From assembly GCA_019058295.1 (NCBI GenBank), contig JAHPZI010000005.1, positions 1 to 33,292 of the forward strand: DNA of 33,292 nt, written 5' to 3'. Below are positions 8,306-17,667 of this stretch, in pieces (position 1 is the first letter of the stretch; each line of letters starts with the position of its first letter). The stretch comes from Promethearchaeota archaeon. Its GTDB lineage: Archaea; Asgardarchaeota; Lokiarchaeia; Sigyniarchaeales; SOKP01. The notes under the pieces were generated by a model. That model did no database searches. It was not told the origin of the DNA and was given only the letters and a program-made list of their open reading frames with translations. Made by a program: the position numbers and the translations under genes.

Positions 8306-10213
8306 TTGTCAAATGATTTACGTAAAGATATTATATCTTCATTGAAAAAATTTAGAAATAAGCAAGTTACCACAGAAAATGCAATTAAAACATTTATTAA
8401 GCCAGGAGATCGAATTTTTATAGATTCTGGTTGTTCAGAACCAATTGAACTTACTAAAAAACTTATTGAGTTTGGTCCACAGCTTCCAGATGTAGAGATT
8501 TTACACTTTCTTAGCTTGAGTGATTTAGATTATTATGAGACAGCTGGAGGGATCGAGGATCTCTTCAGACATAATGCATTTTTCATTGGAAAATCACTCC
8601 GAAAGTATATTAAAACCGGGTTTGCTGACTATACTCCAATGTTATTATCAGAAATTCCTCGAATCTTTCAGAGTGGACAGATGCATTTAGATACTGCGCT
8701 TATTCAAGTAAGTCCTCCCGATAAATATGGATATTGCAGTTTTGGGATTAATGTTGATATTATAAAATCAATAGCAGAAGCTGCGGATAAAGTTGTAGCG
8801 GAAATAAATCCAAAGATGCCCCGCACGCTTGGTGATTCTTTTATTCATATGGATGACATTGACTCATTTGTATGTGTTGAACACGATATTATAGAATATA
8901 GCTATGGAGATCCTGATGAGAATGCAAAAAAGATTGCTAAGTTTGTTGCTTCTCTGATAGAGGACGAATCTACAATTCAAATGGGTATAGGGCAAATTCC
9001 TAACGCTGTTACAAAAGAATTAATAGAAAAAAAGGATCTTGGCGTTCATAGTGAAGTTTTTTCAGATGGAATTGTTGACTTGGTTGAGAAGGGAGTAGTT
9101 ACTTGTAAAAAAAAAACTTTACATAAGGATAAAATCGTCTGTTCGTTTGTTATGGGTTCAAAAAAGCTCTATGATTTTGTAGATGATAATCCTATGTGTG
9201 AGTTTCATCCTGTAGATTATACAAATGATCCATATATTATTAGCCAAAATAAAAAACAGGTAGCTATTAATGCAGCTCTTACCGTAGATTTAACAGGACA
9301 AATAAATTCAGACTCATTGGGTCATAGATTCTATAGCGGGATTGGTGGTCAGGTAGATTTTATAAGAGGTGCTGGTCGAGCCCAAGATGGAAAACCAATA
9401 ATGGTGTTACCTAGCACAGCGACTTTGGAAGACGGAACTGTGGTTTCCCGAATTTTACCTCATTTAGAAGCTGGTTCTGGTGTCGTTGTTACGAGGGGGG
9501 ATGTCCATTATGTCATTACTGAATGGGGTATTGCTTATCTTTACGGGAAAAGCATAAGAGAAAGGATACTACAAATGATTAATATTGCTCATCCTGATTT
9601 CCGGGAAGAGTTATTAGATTATGCCAAGAAATGGAATTTAGTTTATTCAGATCAAAAGTTACCTGTGTCTATAGATGGCAGATTAAGTTTATATCCTGAA
9701 AAATACGAGACATTACTTAAACTAAAGAATGGAAAAACGATTAAAATTCGTCCTGTTAAACCAACTGATGAAAGGATGCTTCAAGAGCTTTATTATTCTT
9801 TGGATAAGGAAGATAGATATTTAAGATTTTTTTATCCTAGGAAAAATTTTCAACATAAAATGGTCCAACCATTAGTTAACATTGATTATTCATCTTCTAT
9901 GATCTTAGTTGGAGAATTTTTTAAAAATGGTGAGCAAAAAATTATTGCTACAGGTGGATTTTTTAAAACGATAAATCCATCAACAGCTGAACTGGCTTTT
10001 GTTGTTCATGAAGAATGGCGCAGAAACGGAATAACAAACTATTTATTGAATTATTTAGTTAGAATTGCTAGAGAACTCAATTATAAATTCTTTTCTGGCT
10101 CTATTCTTCTTGAAAATAAATCTATGCTCCATATTATAAATGCTCTAAAATATTCTAAAACCCAGAATATTGAGTCTGGAGTAGTCGAATTTACTTTAGA
10201 TATCTCAAAATAG
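8306..10213 (+). CDS. Acetyl-CoA hydrolase/4-hydroxybutyrate CoA-transferase family protein fused to a C-terminal GNAT domain
   Basis: IQMGIGQIP, LGVHSE, SGIGGQVDFIRGA and VITEWGIA motifs; C-terminal IRPVKPTD...AELAFVVHEEWRRNGI GNAT; TTG start after AGGTGA. Confidence 0.9.
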   Translation: MSNDLRKDIISSLKKFRNKQVTTENAIKTFIKPGDRIFIDSGCSEPIELTKKLIEFGPQLPDVEILHFLSLSDLDYYETAGGIEDLFRHNAFFIGKSLRKYIKTGFADYTPMLLSEIPRIFQSGQMHLDTALIQVSPPDKYGYCSFGINVDIIKSIAEAADKVVAEINPKMPRTLGDSFIHMDDIDSFVCVEHDIIEYSYGDPDENAKKIAKFVASLIEDESTIQMGIGQIPNAVTKELIEKKDLGVHSEVFSDGIVDLVEKGVVTCKKKTLHKDKIVCSFVMGSKKLYDFVDDNPMCEFHPVDYTNDPYIISQNKKQVAINAALTVDLTGQINSDSLGHRFYSGIGGQVDFIRGAGRAQDGKPIMVLPSTATLEDGTVVSRILPHLEAGSGVVVTRGDVHYVITEWGIAYLYGKSIRERILQMINIAHPDFREELLDYAKKWNLVYSDQKLPVSIDGRLSLYPEKYETLLKLKNGKTIKIRPVKPTDERMLQELYYSLDKEDRYLRFFYPRKNFQHKMVQPLVNIDYSSSMILVGEFFKNGEQKIIATGGFFKTINPSTAELAFVVHEEWRRNGITNYLLNYLVRIARELNYKFFSGSILLENKSMLHIINALKYSKTQNIESGVVEFTLDISK

Positions 10214-10227
10214 AAAAATTAAAGGTT

Positions 10228-11460
10228 TTAGTTGTTATTTATTTTAATAATCTCATTTAAATAAGTAAAATTACTGAGCTCAACATCCACAAAGTTGTTA
10301 TTAAAAATTAAGGAGGGGCCTTTTTTAAGAGATTCTTTTAAATAAATTTTATCTATTTTTTTTGAGATTAACCAATCAGAAACTAAGATTCCTTTTCTTT
10401 TTTCTTCGTGAGCAAATTTATTTACAATAATCTCAAATTTTAAGAGAGTTCCTTCTTTAAATTCTAAGATCCCAAAATAGGGACTTTCTCCGAAATGATT
10501 TGAAAGATTCGAATCTAAACCTCGATTATTTTCTAAAGGAATAGCAATTATAGTAATTTCTTTTTTCTGACTTTTGACAATTATTATAATTTTAAATATT
10601 GACGGAAACTTCTTTTTTATATCGGAACTCAACTTATTTTTTAAGTTATCCATCTGAGATAATGGAAAACTTTTGCTTAAATAAATTTCCAACTCTAAAA
10701 AAATATACCTGCCATAAGACCTTATTTCCATAGTTTCAATTTCTTTAACTTTCGGAGTTTTTTCAATTAAGTTATAAAGTTCTGTTCTGTTATCAAAATC
10801 AATAACAGCATCAAGTAATGTTTTTGTAGACGTAAGAAAAATCTCATATCCTCCTTTAATTATAAAGATTGCAATAATTAAACCTATTATGGAATCTAAA
10901 ATAGAGATTCTTAATAAAACAAAAATAAATCCAATAAGTACAGATAAAGAAATAAAAATATCAAACATTTTTTCCTGTGCTTCTGATTCAATAATAGGTG
11001 ACCTAGTTTGCTTACCGATTAATTTCAAATATAATGCTAAAATGAAGGAAGCTAACAATGAAATGATTAAGAAAAATAAAACTGTTAGCGAAAAATCAAC
11101 AATCTTTGGTTTTCCATTTATGAAATTAATTATATCTACAATAGATTGATTGATAATAAAATATGCGGTGAAAAAAATGAATAAAGAAATTATCAAACTT
11201 ATTATATTTTCTACTTTATAGTATCCATAGGGAAACTTTTCATTCGGTTTTTTTTTAGCAAAGTAAATCCCAATAAAGGAAGTAACACATATTACAATAT
11301 CAGTCATGTTGTCAAATGCATCTGCTTGGATTGCTAAACTGTTTGTTAAAATGCCAAAAATTAGTTTAATTATAAAAAAAATAGTGTTGAAAATTAAAAG
11401 TAAAAGATTTATAAAAACCGGTTGCTTGTAAAATTTTAATTTTTTATCTATTTCAGACAT
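10228..11460 (-). CDS. Cation diffusion facilitator (FieF-like) transporter fused to a C-terminal NifB/NifX-like domain
   Basis: Six TM segments, SLAIQADAFD and FPYGYYKVE CDF motifs, dimerisation domain, then IAIP...SNHFGESPYF NifB/X domain. Confidence 0.85.
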   Translation of the reverse strand: MSEIDKKLKFYKQPVFINLLLLIFNTIFFIIKLIFGILTNSLAIQADAFDNMTDIVICVTSFIGIYFAKKKPNEKFPYGYYKVENIISLIISLFIFFTAYFIINQSIVDIINFINGKPKIVDFSLTVLFFLIISLLASFILALYLKLIGKQTRSPIIESEAQEKMFDIFISLSVLIGFIFVLLRISILDSIIGLIIAIFIIKGGYEIFLTSTKTLLDAVIDFDNRTELYNLIEKTPKVKEIETMEIRSYGRYIFLELEIYLSKSFPLSQMDNLKNKLSSDIKKKFPSIFKIIIIVKSQKKEITIIAIPLENNRGLDSNLSNHFGESPYFGILEFKEGTLLKFEIIVNKFAHEEKRKGILVSDWLISKKIDKIYLKESLKKGPSLIFNNNFVDVELSNFTYLNEIIKINNN

Positions 11461-11516
11461 TACACTTCATATATTTTATTAATCTTAATTAAAGTTATTC
11501 ATAAAAATCATGATAT

Positions 11517-11939
11517 TTATTCAAGAGCAATAATCGGAATTATTGCATTATTAGGACAAGTAGAAAAACATTTTAAACAATTTTCACATAGATTCATGTT
11601 TTTTTTATTAAAGGTAATTAGTTCTTGACCAGTCTCTGGGTCAATACTAAGAGAAAATAAATTTTGAAAACAAAATTCATCTTCTAAACATTTTTTACAA
11701 AGATTACATCTCTCGTTATCAATTTTAAAATTAACTAATTGTCCTTCTTCCATTGAAATTACTTCAATAGCATTATGTTCGCAAACGTCTACACACTTAA
11801 GGCATCCTTTACATTTATTATAATCTACATACCTTAAGGAATTTCTAAAAAAAATTGCCTTTGCAGGACAGGAAAAGGAACATTTTTGACAGCGAATACA
11901 TAACTGCGGATTAATATTTATAGGAAATAATTTTTCCAT
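11517..11939 (-). CDS. Polyferredoxin-like protein with four [4Fe-4S] motifs
   Basis: CIRCQKCSFSCP, CKGCLKCVDVCE, CNLCKKCLEDEFC, CENCLKCFSTCP. Confidence 0.85.
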   Translation of the reverse strand: MEKLFPININPQLCIRCQKCSFSCPAKAIFFRNSLRYVDYNKCKGCLKCVDVCEHNAIEVISMEEGQLVNFKIDNERCNLCKKCLEDEFCFQNLFSLSIDPETGQELITFNKKNMNLCENCLKCFSTCPNNAIIPIIALE

Positions 11940-12099
11940 TTTTATTCATAAAAATTCAATGATGACTCGTAGAAAATTGTTTTAAAAATAAAGATTAAAA
12001 AGAAATAATTAAATTTTTACTTTTCTATTTTTTTTATAAATAAACTATAATCTATAGGTTTTTTTATAATTAAATTAGATTGCGGATCAAATTTACAAA

Positions 12100-12309
12100 A
12101 TGAATAATAAAAAAAGAATATGTAAATGGTATATTGTCTGTCCAATCAAGTATTTCGTGGATCAAGGAAAGCTTGATTCAAAATGGGTTAAGGATTATTG
12201 CTTAATTGGAAATAAAGAATGTATTCGATACCAAATGGAAGAAAGTGGTGAGTACCATCCTGATAATATGCTTCCTAACGGTGAAATTAAGAAAAATCTT
12301 CATTATTAA
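12100..12309 (+). CDS. Small Cys-rich hypothetical protein
   Basis: CKWYIVCP...WVKDYC...CIRYQMEE..HPDNMLPNG pattern resembles small proteins seen next to NifB/X clusters in anaerobes. Confidence 0.7.
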   Translation: MNNKKRICKWYIVCPIKYFVDQGKLDSKWVKDYCLIGNKECIRYQMEESGEYHPDNMLPNGEIKKNLHY

Positions 12310-12395
12310 GAATTCTAAATTATAAGGATAACATTTATTTAAAATATAAAATTAGAATAACAAAGGAATTCAAGCTTTTTATATAAAAAGGTTTA

Positions 12396-12417
12396 TTTAT
12401 GAATAATTATTCATAAA
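12396..12417. promoter_or_regulatory. Perfect 22-bp palindromic operator TTTATGAATAATTATTCATAAA
   Basis: Core at 12400-12413, about 15 nt downstream of TATA-like TTTATATA (12378-12385), upstream of the NifB/X and DUF134 genes. Confidence 0.75.
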
Positions 12418-12479
12418 ATTTAAATGCTTAAATTTATTCTTAAAATATGAATATAAAAATAAATAGGTGTATAATAAAA

Positions 12480-12887
12480 TTGAAAGTAGCTATTAGTATG
12501 GAATCAGGAAAGGTTTGTGCTCATTTTGGAAGAGCTCCAGAGTTTCTTTTTGTTACAATTGAAGATAATAAAGTAGTTAAAAAGGAAATACTTCCCAATC
12601 CAGGGCATACTGTAGGAAGTATTCCCCAATTTGTAAATGAACAAGGGGCGAATTTTATGATTGCAGGGGGAATGGGACCTCGAGCAGTCCAATTTTTTAA
12701 CCAATATGGGATTGAAGTAATTGTGGGAGTTGTTGGCAGTATTGATGATGTTATTGAAAAAATATTAAATGGAACATTAGAGGGCGGAGAGAGTCTATGT
12801 TCTCCTGGAGTAGGTAAGGGTTTTGGAGTAGAAAAAATCCATACTGACGCTGATGATAATAATGATCATCATCATCATCATCATTAA
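12480..12887 (+). CDS. NifB/NifX family cluster-binding protein with a His6 C-terminus
   Basis: KVAI...VCAHFGRAPEF...GGMGPRA motifs; TTG start at 12480 after AGGTG RBS (ORF track extends to 12447). Confidence 0.88.
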   Translation: MKVAISMESGKVCAHFGRAPEFLFVTIEDNKVVKKEILPNPGHTVGSIPQFVNEQGANFMIAGGMGPRAVQFFNQYGIEVIVGVVGSIDDVIEKILNGTLEGGESLCSPGVGKGFGVEKIHTDADDNNDHHHHHH

Positions 12888-13015
12888 AAGAAATAACTCA
12901 TTTATCAAACTTAATTAATTCCCCTTAAAAATTTAAATTCTATAGATCTTGAGAAATGTTTTTTCAAAAAAAATTCTTAAAAATAACACATTCAAAAACT
13001 GCTAGATGAATCAAA

Positions 13016-13435
13016 ATGGGAAGAAGAACTCGTCGAAGATGGGTTGGTCAACCACCAGATAATTTTTATTTCTCTCGCGAGAACCCATCAACGGACGCCA
13101 ATATTATTCTAACTGTGGCAGAATTTGAAGCTCTTCGTCTTAAACATTATATGAATTTGAATCAAGAACAGGCATCCGAATGGATGGGAATAAGTCAACC
13201 AACATTTTCTCGTGTCATAGAAAGAGCTCATCAAAAACTTACTCGAGCTTTAATTGAAGGAAAAACTATTAAGGTATTCGGCGGGGAGGTTGATTATAAA
13301 ATAACTTTCATAGGGTATGGATGTGCGGATTGCGACAGTGAATGGGAGGATAGATCCGCATCGAGAGATAAAAAAGTTAAATGTATTAACTGTGATTCGG
13401 ATAATGTTTATTATCTAATACGAGAACCTATCTGA
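13016..13435 (+). CDS. DUF134 (UPF0251) HTH DNA-binding protein with C-terminal Zn-ribbon
   Basis: MGRRTRRR, LTVAEFEALRL, QEQASEWMGISQPTFSR HTH, ALIEGK; C-terminal CADC...CINC. Confidence 0.88.
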   Translation: MGRRTRRRWVGQPPDNFYFSRENPSTDANIILTVAEFEALRLKHYMNLNQEQASEWMGISQPTFSRVIERAHQKLTRALIEGKTIKVFGGEVDYKITFIGYGCADCDSEWEDRSASRDKKVKCINCDSDNVYYLIREPI

Positions 13436-13559
13436 ATATACTTTTTTTCTTATCACAGAGCCAGAATTAACTAAATAATGAGAATTAATTCAGAATAATA
13501 GTCCATAGACTAGAATTTATTTTTTTTAATATTTTTAGTTAACTAGAGATCTAAAAAAT

Positions 13560-14486
13560 TTATCTACTATTCCATAAAGCATTTTTGAGATTTTTATAAA
13601 TAGCCTTAATAGCTAAACTCGCATCTGAGTTTGGTGCGAAATCCACTACAGCCTCTGCATAGGACATTGCTTTAGGTATTGCCAGATCAAAAGGAATTTT
13701 TCCTAAAATAGAAAATCCTGTATTATCAATATACTCTTTAAAATCATCTTGAAAAGGACTTTTTAAATCAAATTTATTGATTACTATACCAAAAGGAATT
13801 TCAAATTGTTGTACTACTTCGATTGCTCTTACAAGATCATGTAAACCGGAGGGAGTTGGCTCAGTTATTGTAATAATGTAATCTAATCCAGAAACCGTGG
13901 CAATTACAGGGCACCCTATGCCAGGAGGGCCATCTATTAAAATTAAATTGGAATATTCAAATTCATCGATTTGTTTAGCATATTCTTTGACATCTGAAAC
14001 TAATTTTCCAGAGGTCGTACTCCCAAGCCTAGTTTTACCATATATTAGTGGTAATGTGATTTTTGTTTTATAAGAGATTATTTCGCCACTTTTCACAGTA
14101 TTTACTTCAAATGCATGCTCAGGACATAAAACTTTACAGGCTCCACAGCCTTCACATGCTAAATAATCGATAATTGGAATAGAATTTTCTTCGTCCCATT
14201 TTAACGCATTGAATTCACAGAAGTGATCATCGATACATTGCTTGCAATGAACACATTTATCCTCTAAGAAAGTAGCTTTTAGTGTTGTAAAAGTATCTAT
14301 TGACTTTATCTTCCCATTTGAATCTGCAGGAAGGATTAAAGCTAAATTAGGGGCATCTACATCGCAATCTAAGATAATTGCATTTATTTCATTATCAGTT
14401 CTTATAATACTTGCTAGTGCTGCTGTTAATGATGTTTTTCCAACACCACCTTTACCAGATATGATTCCTATTGCTTTTCTTTTCAT
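13560..14486 (-). CDS. MinD/ParA-superfamily P-loop ATPase with inserted 2x[4Fe-4S] ferredoxin domain
   Basis: SGKGGVGKT, DCDVDAPN, CVHCKQC and CEGCGACKVLCP, DGPPGIGCP, TEPTPSGLHDL. Confidence 0.9.
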   Translation of the reverse strand: MKRKAIGIISGKGGVGKTSLTAALASIIRTDNEINAIILDCDVDAPNLALILPADSNGKIKSIDTFTTLKATFLEDKCVHCKQCIDDHFCEFNALKWDEENSIPIIDYLACEGCGACKVLCPEHAFEVNTVKSGEIISYKTKITLPLIYGKTRLGSTTSGKLVSDVKEYAKQIDEFEYSNLILIDGPPGIGCPVIATVSGLDYIITITEPTPSGLHDLVRAIEVVQQFEIPFGIVINKFDLKSPFQDDFKEYIDNTGFSILGKIPFDLAIPKAMSYAEAVVDFAPNSDASLAIKAIYKNLKNALWNSR

Positions 14487-14501
14487 TTTATTCCTATTAA
14501 T

Positions 14502-15422
14502 TTAAGTGTTATTTGTATCTATCCATTCAATAAGATTTTTAAATATTTCTTGAAATGCTTTATAACCCTCGCCACTTTTGAATTCGCTATTCTCGTTCAT
14601 TAACGGTATTCCTTGACAGTAAGAATTGACAATATCATCATCTAAAGGAATATCACCTATAATTTTTATATTTTTCTCTTCCAATTCCTTTAAGAATTGA
14701 TCTCTGAAACCTAACAATGATGATCTATTAACAATTGCTCGACAATCTTTATTTATTAATTCAATCAACTCAATTATCCTTATTAAATCTAATTTTCCAA
14801 ATCTCGTGGGCTCTGTAACAGGTACAACAAAATCAGCTTTGTTAATTAATAATTCAACATCACAATGAGCGCCAGGGGCGGTATCTAAAATTATATAGTC
14901 ATATTTAGTTTGTTCCGTTTTGATGATCTCGTCTAACTTCTCAAGGAGAGCTTCAACCACGGCGGCAGAGCGCGCTTCAGATGGTTTTAATTCACCGATT
15001 AAGAGAGAGATGCCATTTTTGATTGTTGAGTATGTCCAACCAATGGTTTTTTGCCCTGCTTTAATAGCCTCTACCGGGCAGATTTTATAACATAATTTAC
15101 AACCAGAACAAACCGCTAAAATTGGTATCGGATAAGCATCTTTTATATGTAGTAAGGCATGTGGAGCGCAATTTTCTGCGCATAAACCACATTTAGTACA
15201 TTTTTCTTCAATAATTTCTGGTTTGAAAAAAGGAACTGATTTTTGATTTTCAAGTTCTCCGCCTAATAATAAATACGTGTTTGGATTTTCGACGTCACCA
15301 TCAATAAGCAAAACTTTTTTTCCAATATTTTTAAACATGGTCGCTAAATTAACTGCTACCAAGGTTTTGCCAGTTCCGCCTTTACCTCCCGTAACACAAA
15401 TTACTACAGGTTTTTTTGACAT
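14502..15422 (-). CDS. Second MinD/ParA-superfamily P-loop ATPase with inserted 2x[4Fe-4S] domain
   Basis: GGKGGTGKT, DGDVENPN, CTKCGLCAENC, CSGCKLCYKICP, DTAPGAHC, TEPTRFG. Confidence 0.9.
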   Translation of the reverse strand: MSKKPVVICVTGGKGGTGKTLVAVNLATMFKNIGKKVLLIDGDVENPNTYLLLGGELENQKSVPFFKPEIIEEKCTKCGLCAENCAPHALLHIKDAYPIPILAVCSGCKLCYKICPVEAIKAGQKTIGWTYSTIKNGISLLIGELKPSEARSAAVVEALLEKLDEIIKTEQTKYDYIILDTAPGAHCDVELLINKADFVVPVTEPTRFGKLDLIRIIELIELINKDCRAIVNRSSLLGFRDQFLKELEEKNIKIIGDIPLDDDIVNSYCQGIPLMNENSEFKSGEGYKAFQEIFKNLIEWIDTNNT

Positions 15423-15462
15423 TATTTATTTAACATTATTTCCTTCAATTTAAAATGATGAA

Positions 15463-15933
15463 TTAAAAATTACGGCCTCTGCCCATTCCTCCTCCACCAC
15501 CCATTCCACGACCTCCGCCCATTCCTCGTCCGCCGCCCATTCCGCCACCACCCATTCCAAAATGAGCGCCGACATTTGAACCGCCCATTTCTTGTAATTT
15601 ACCCTCTATGAATAATTCAACAGCTTGTTTTACTGTTAGCTGTTGAGGTGGCGCTTGATAAATCTTTAAATTCAAGGCCATTAATGATTGGGCAGCATTA
15701 GGACCTAAATTTCCAGCAATTACTATTGTAGCTCCATGATTTCCTATAGTTTGAGCTGCTTGGATTCCTGCACCACCCATAGCACCTGCAGCCATATTAG
15801 ATACAGCTTTAACTTCTTTTATAGATTTATCTTCAATTGTTACAAAAGTGAATGAGTCACAACGACCAAATCTGGGATTCACCATTTCATTCAATCCACC
15901 ATTTCCAAAAGATGGAACTGCTACTATAACCAT
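15463..15933 (-). CDS. NifB/NifX family protein with Gly/Met/Arg-rich tail
   Basis: PRFGRC, GGAGIQAAQ and GNLGPNA motifs; tail GMGGGRGMGGGRGMGGGGGMGRGR. Confidence 0.88.
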   Translation of the reverse strand: MVIVAVPSFGNGGLNEMVNPRFGRCDSFTFVTIEDKSIKEVKAVSNMAAGAMGGAGIQAAQTIGNHGATIVIAGNLGPNAAQSLMALNLKIYQAPPQQLTVKQAVELFIEGKLQEMGGSNVGAHFGMGGGGMGGGRGMGGGRGMGGGGGMGRGRNF

Positions 15934-15988
15934 ATTTATATTTACCTCTTTATGTTTTTTTTTTTATTATTTGATAAGTTTTTTAAAT

Positions 15989-16006
15989 TATGAATAATTA
16001 TTCATA
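15989..16006. promoter_or_regulatory. Perfect palindromic operator TATGAATAATTATTCATA
   Basis: Core 15991-16004 in the divergent NifX/Mrp intergenic region; minus-strand TATA-like TTTTATAG near 16033-16040. Confidence 0.75.
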
Positions 16007-16197
16007 TTGTCTATGTAATAAAAAAATTAATTCTATAAAAGTTTTCTCATATTAAAAAAAAAATATTTAGAGAAAAACATATAATTTTTATAAATTATTA
16101 AAAACCGATTTAAGAGTATTATTAAACATTAAATTAAATAGAGAAGATATTAATTTTAATAAAAAATAAGGAAAAAAAAATTAGAATAAGTGATGAT

Positions 16198-17070
16198 ATG
16201 ACTGAAGATGATGTACCAGATATTAATTTGAAAGAGACTGTAGAACAAGGTAAAAAAGAAGCCATGGATCTACGTATGGAAGAGATAAATAAAAATATGG
16301 CAAAAATTAAACATAAAATTGTTGTGATCTCCGGAAAGGGAGGTGTTGGAAAAACTACAGTCGCTGTCAACCTTGCCATGAGTTTAGCAAGTGTAGGATT
16401 AAGAGTAGGGCTATTAGATGTTGACATTACGGGGCCTAATGTAGCTAAAATGTTGGGAATTAGCCCCGAATTAAAGCCAAGAGTTGATCCAGAAGCCAAG
16501 AAATTTTATCCAATTAATGGTCCCTTGAATATAAAAGTCATGAGTATGGCTTTCCTGATCATGGGGCAAGATGATCCAGTTATTTGGAGAGGCCCAATGA
16601 AAATGGGAGCTGTAAGACAATTTCTTGGCGATGCTGAATGGGGTGAACTTGATTATTTAGTATGTGATTTACCACCTGGAACTTCTGATGAGACTTTAGA
16701 CATTCTCCAACTTATCCCCGATGAAAATGTGATTGTTGTTTCTACTCCTCAAGAAGTTGCTCTTATGGATGCTCGAAAAACAATAAAAATGTCTCAAATA
16801 ATGGAAAGAAATGTTCTTGGGATTATTGAAAACATGTCTGGATTTGACTGTCCTCATTGTGGTGAACATATCGATCTTTATCCTCCAGGAGGAGCTGAAA
16901 AGGCTGCGAAGGATTTCAATATTCAATTATTGGGTAAAATACCTTTTGAAGTTGAAATAGGAATTCAAGGAGATCAAGGTTTACCTTTTATAATTAAATA
17001 TTCTGATAGTAAAAGTGCGAAAGCTTTCAAAAAGGCTGTAAAAAATATTCAAGAAATATTAGAAAAATAA
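16198..17070 (+). CDS. mrp: Mrp/Nbp35 (ApbC) family Fe-S cluster carrier ATPase
   Basis: SGKGGVGKTT, DVDITGP, VIWRGPMK, DLPPGTSD and ENMSGFDCPHC motifs. Confidence 0.93.
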   Translation: MTEDDVPDINLKETVEQGKKEAMDLRMEEINKNMAKIKHKIVVISGKGGVGKTTVAVNLAMSLASVGLRVGLLDVDITGPNVAKMLGISPELKPRVDPEAKKFYPINGPLNIKVMSMAFLIMGQDDPVIWRGPMKMGAVRQFLGDAEWGELDYLVCDLPPGTSDETLDILQLIPDENVIVVSTPQEVALMDARKTIKMSQIMERNVLGIIENMSGFDCPHCGEHIDLYPPGGAEKAAKDFNIQLLGKIPFEVEIGIQGDQGLPFIIKYSDSKSAKAFKKAVKNIQEILEK

Positions 17071-17130
17071 TTCATAATTTTAAATTGACATTTAAAGTTA
17101 TATTTAATAAAAAAACTAATTTAAGATAAC

Positions 17131-17577
17131 ATGGCCGAAGAGCATTTTGATGAATTTGTAAAAAATCTTCAAAAAGAAATTATAAATAAGGAATTAGAAC
17201 AATATAATCAATACGTTGTTAAATTATTCCATAATCCGAAAAATTGGGGTAAACCCCCTGATGATAAAATAAGTATATGGCATGCTTATGAGGGACCTTG
17301 TGGGGATACGATGCAGTTCTTTTTAAAAATTAATAATAATAATAATATAATCGAAAAAGCAAACTTTATTACAGACGGTTGTGGAGCAACAGTAGCAGCA
17401 GGAAGCCAAACAACTCTTTTGATTGAGGGCAAATCTTTAGATTTTGCTGAAAAATTAAAACCAGAAGATATTGAAAATGCCTTAGGGGGACTACCAGAAG
17501 ATCATAAACATTGCGCAGAATTAGCTGCGAGAACTTTAAAACGGTCGATTGAGAAATTCAAATATACAAAGGGATAG
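17131..17577 (+). CDS. IscU/NifU N-terminal-like Fe-S scaffold protein
   Basis: NPKNWG, GPCGD, TDGCGAT and LPEDHKHCA: three scaffold Cys. Confidence 0.88.
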   Translation: MAEEHFDEFVKNLQKEIINKELEQYNQYVVKLFHNPKNWGKPPDDKISIWHAYEGPCGDTMQFFLKINNNNNIIEKANFITDGCGATVAAGSQTTLLIEGKSLDFAEKLKPEDIENALGGLPEDHKHCAELAARTLKRSIEKFKYTKG

Positions 17578-17667
17578 TTATGATTATATTATTCTTTTAT
17601 TTCTTGCGTGAATAAGAACTATTAAATTATTTTTTTTAATACATTAATATTATTTTTAGAAGCTTAT

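Noticed and set aside
12400-12413. Palindrome interpreted as a Fur box
   Set aside because: It differs from the Fur 7-1-7 TGATAATnATTATCA in sequence and spacing, and the feo genes carry a different palindrome
12480-15933. Nitrogen fixation cluster suggested by NifB/NifX domains and NifH-like P-loops
   Set aside because: No nifH/D/K/E/N in the window; the ATPases are ferredoxin-inserted MinD-like proteins
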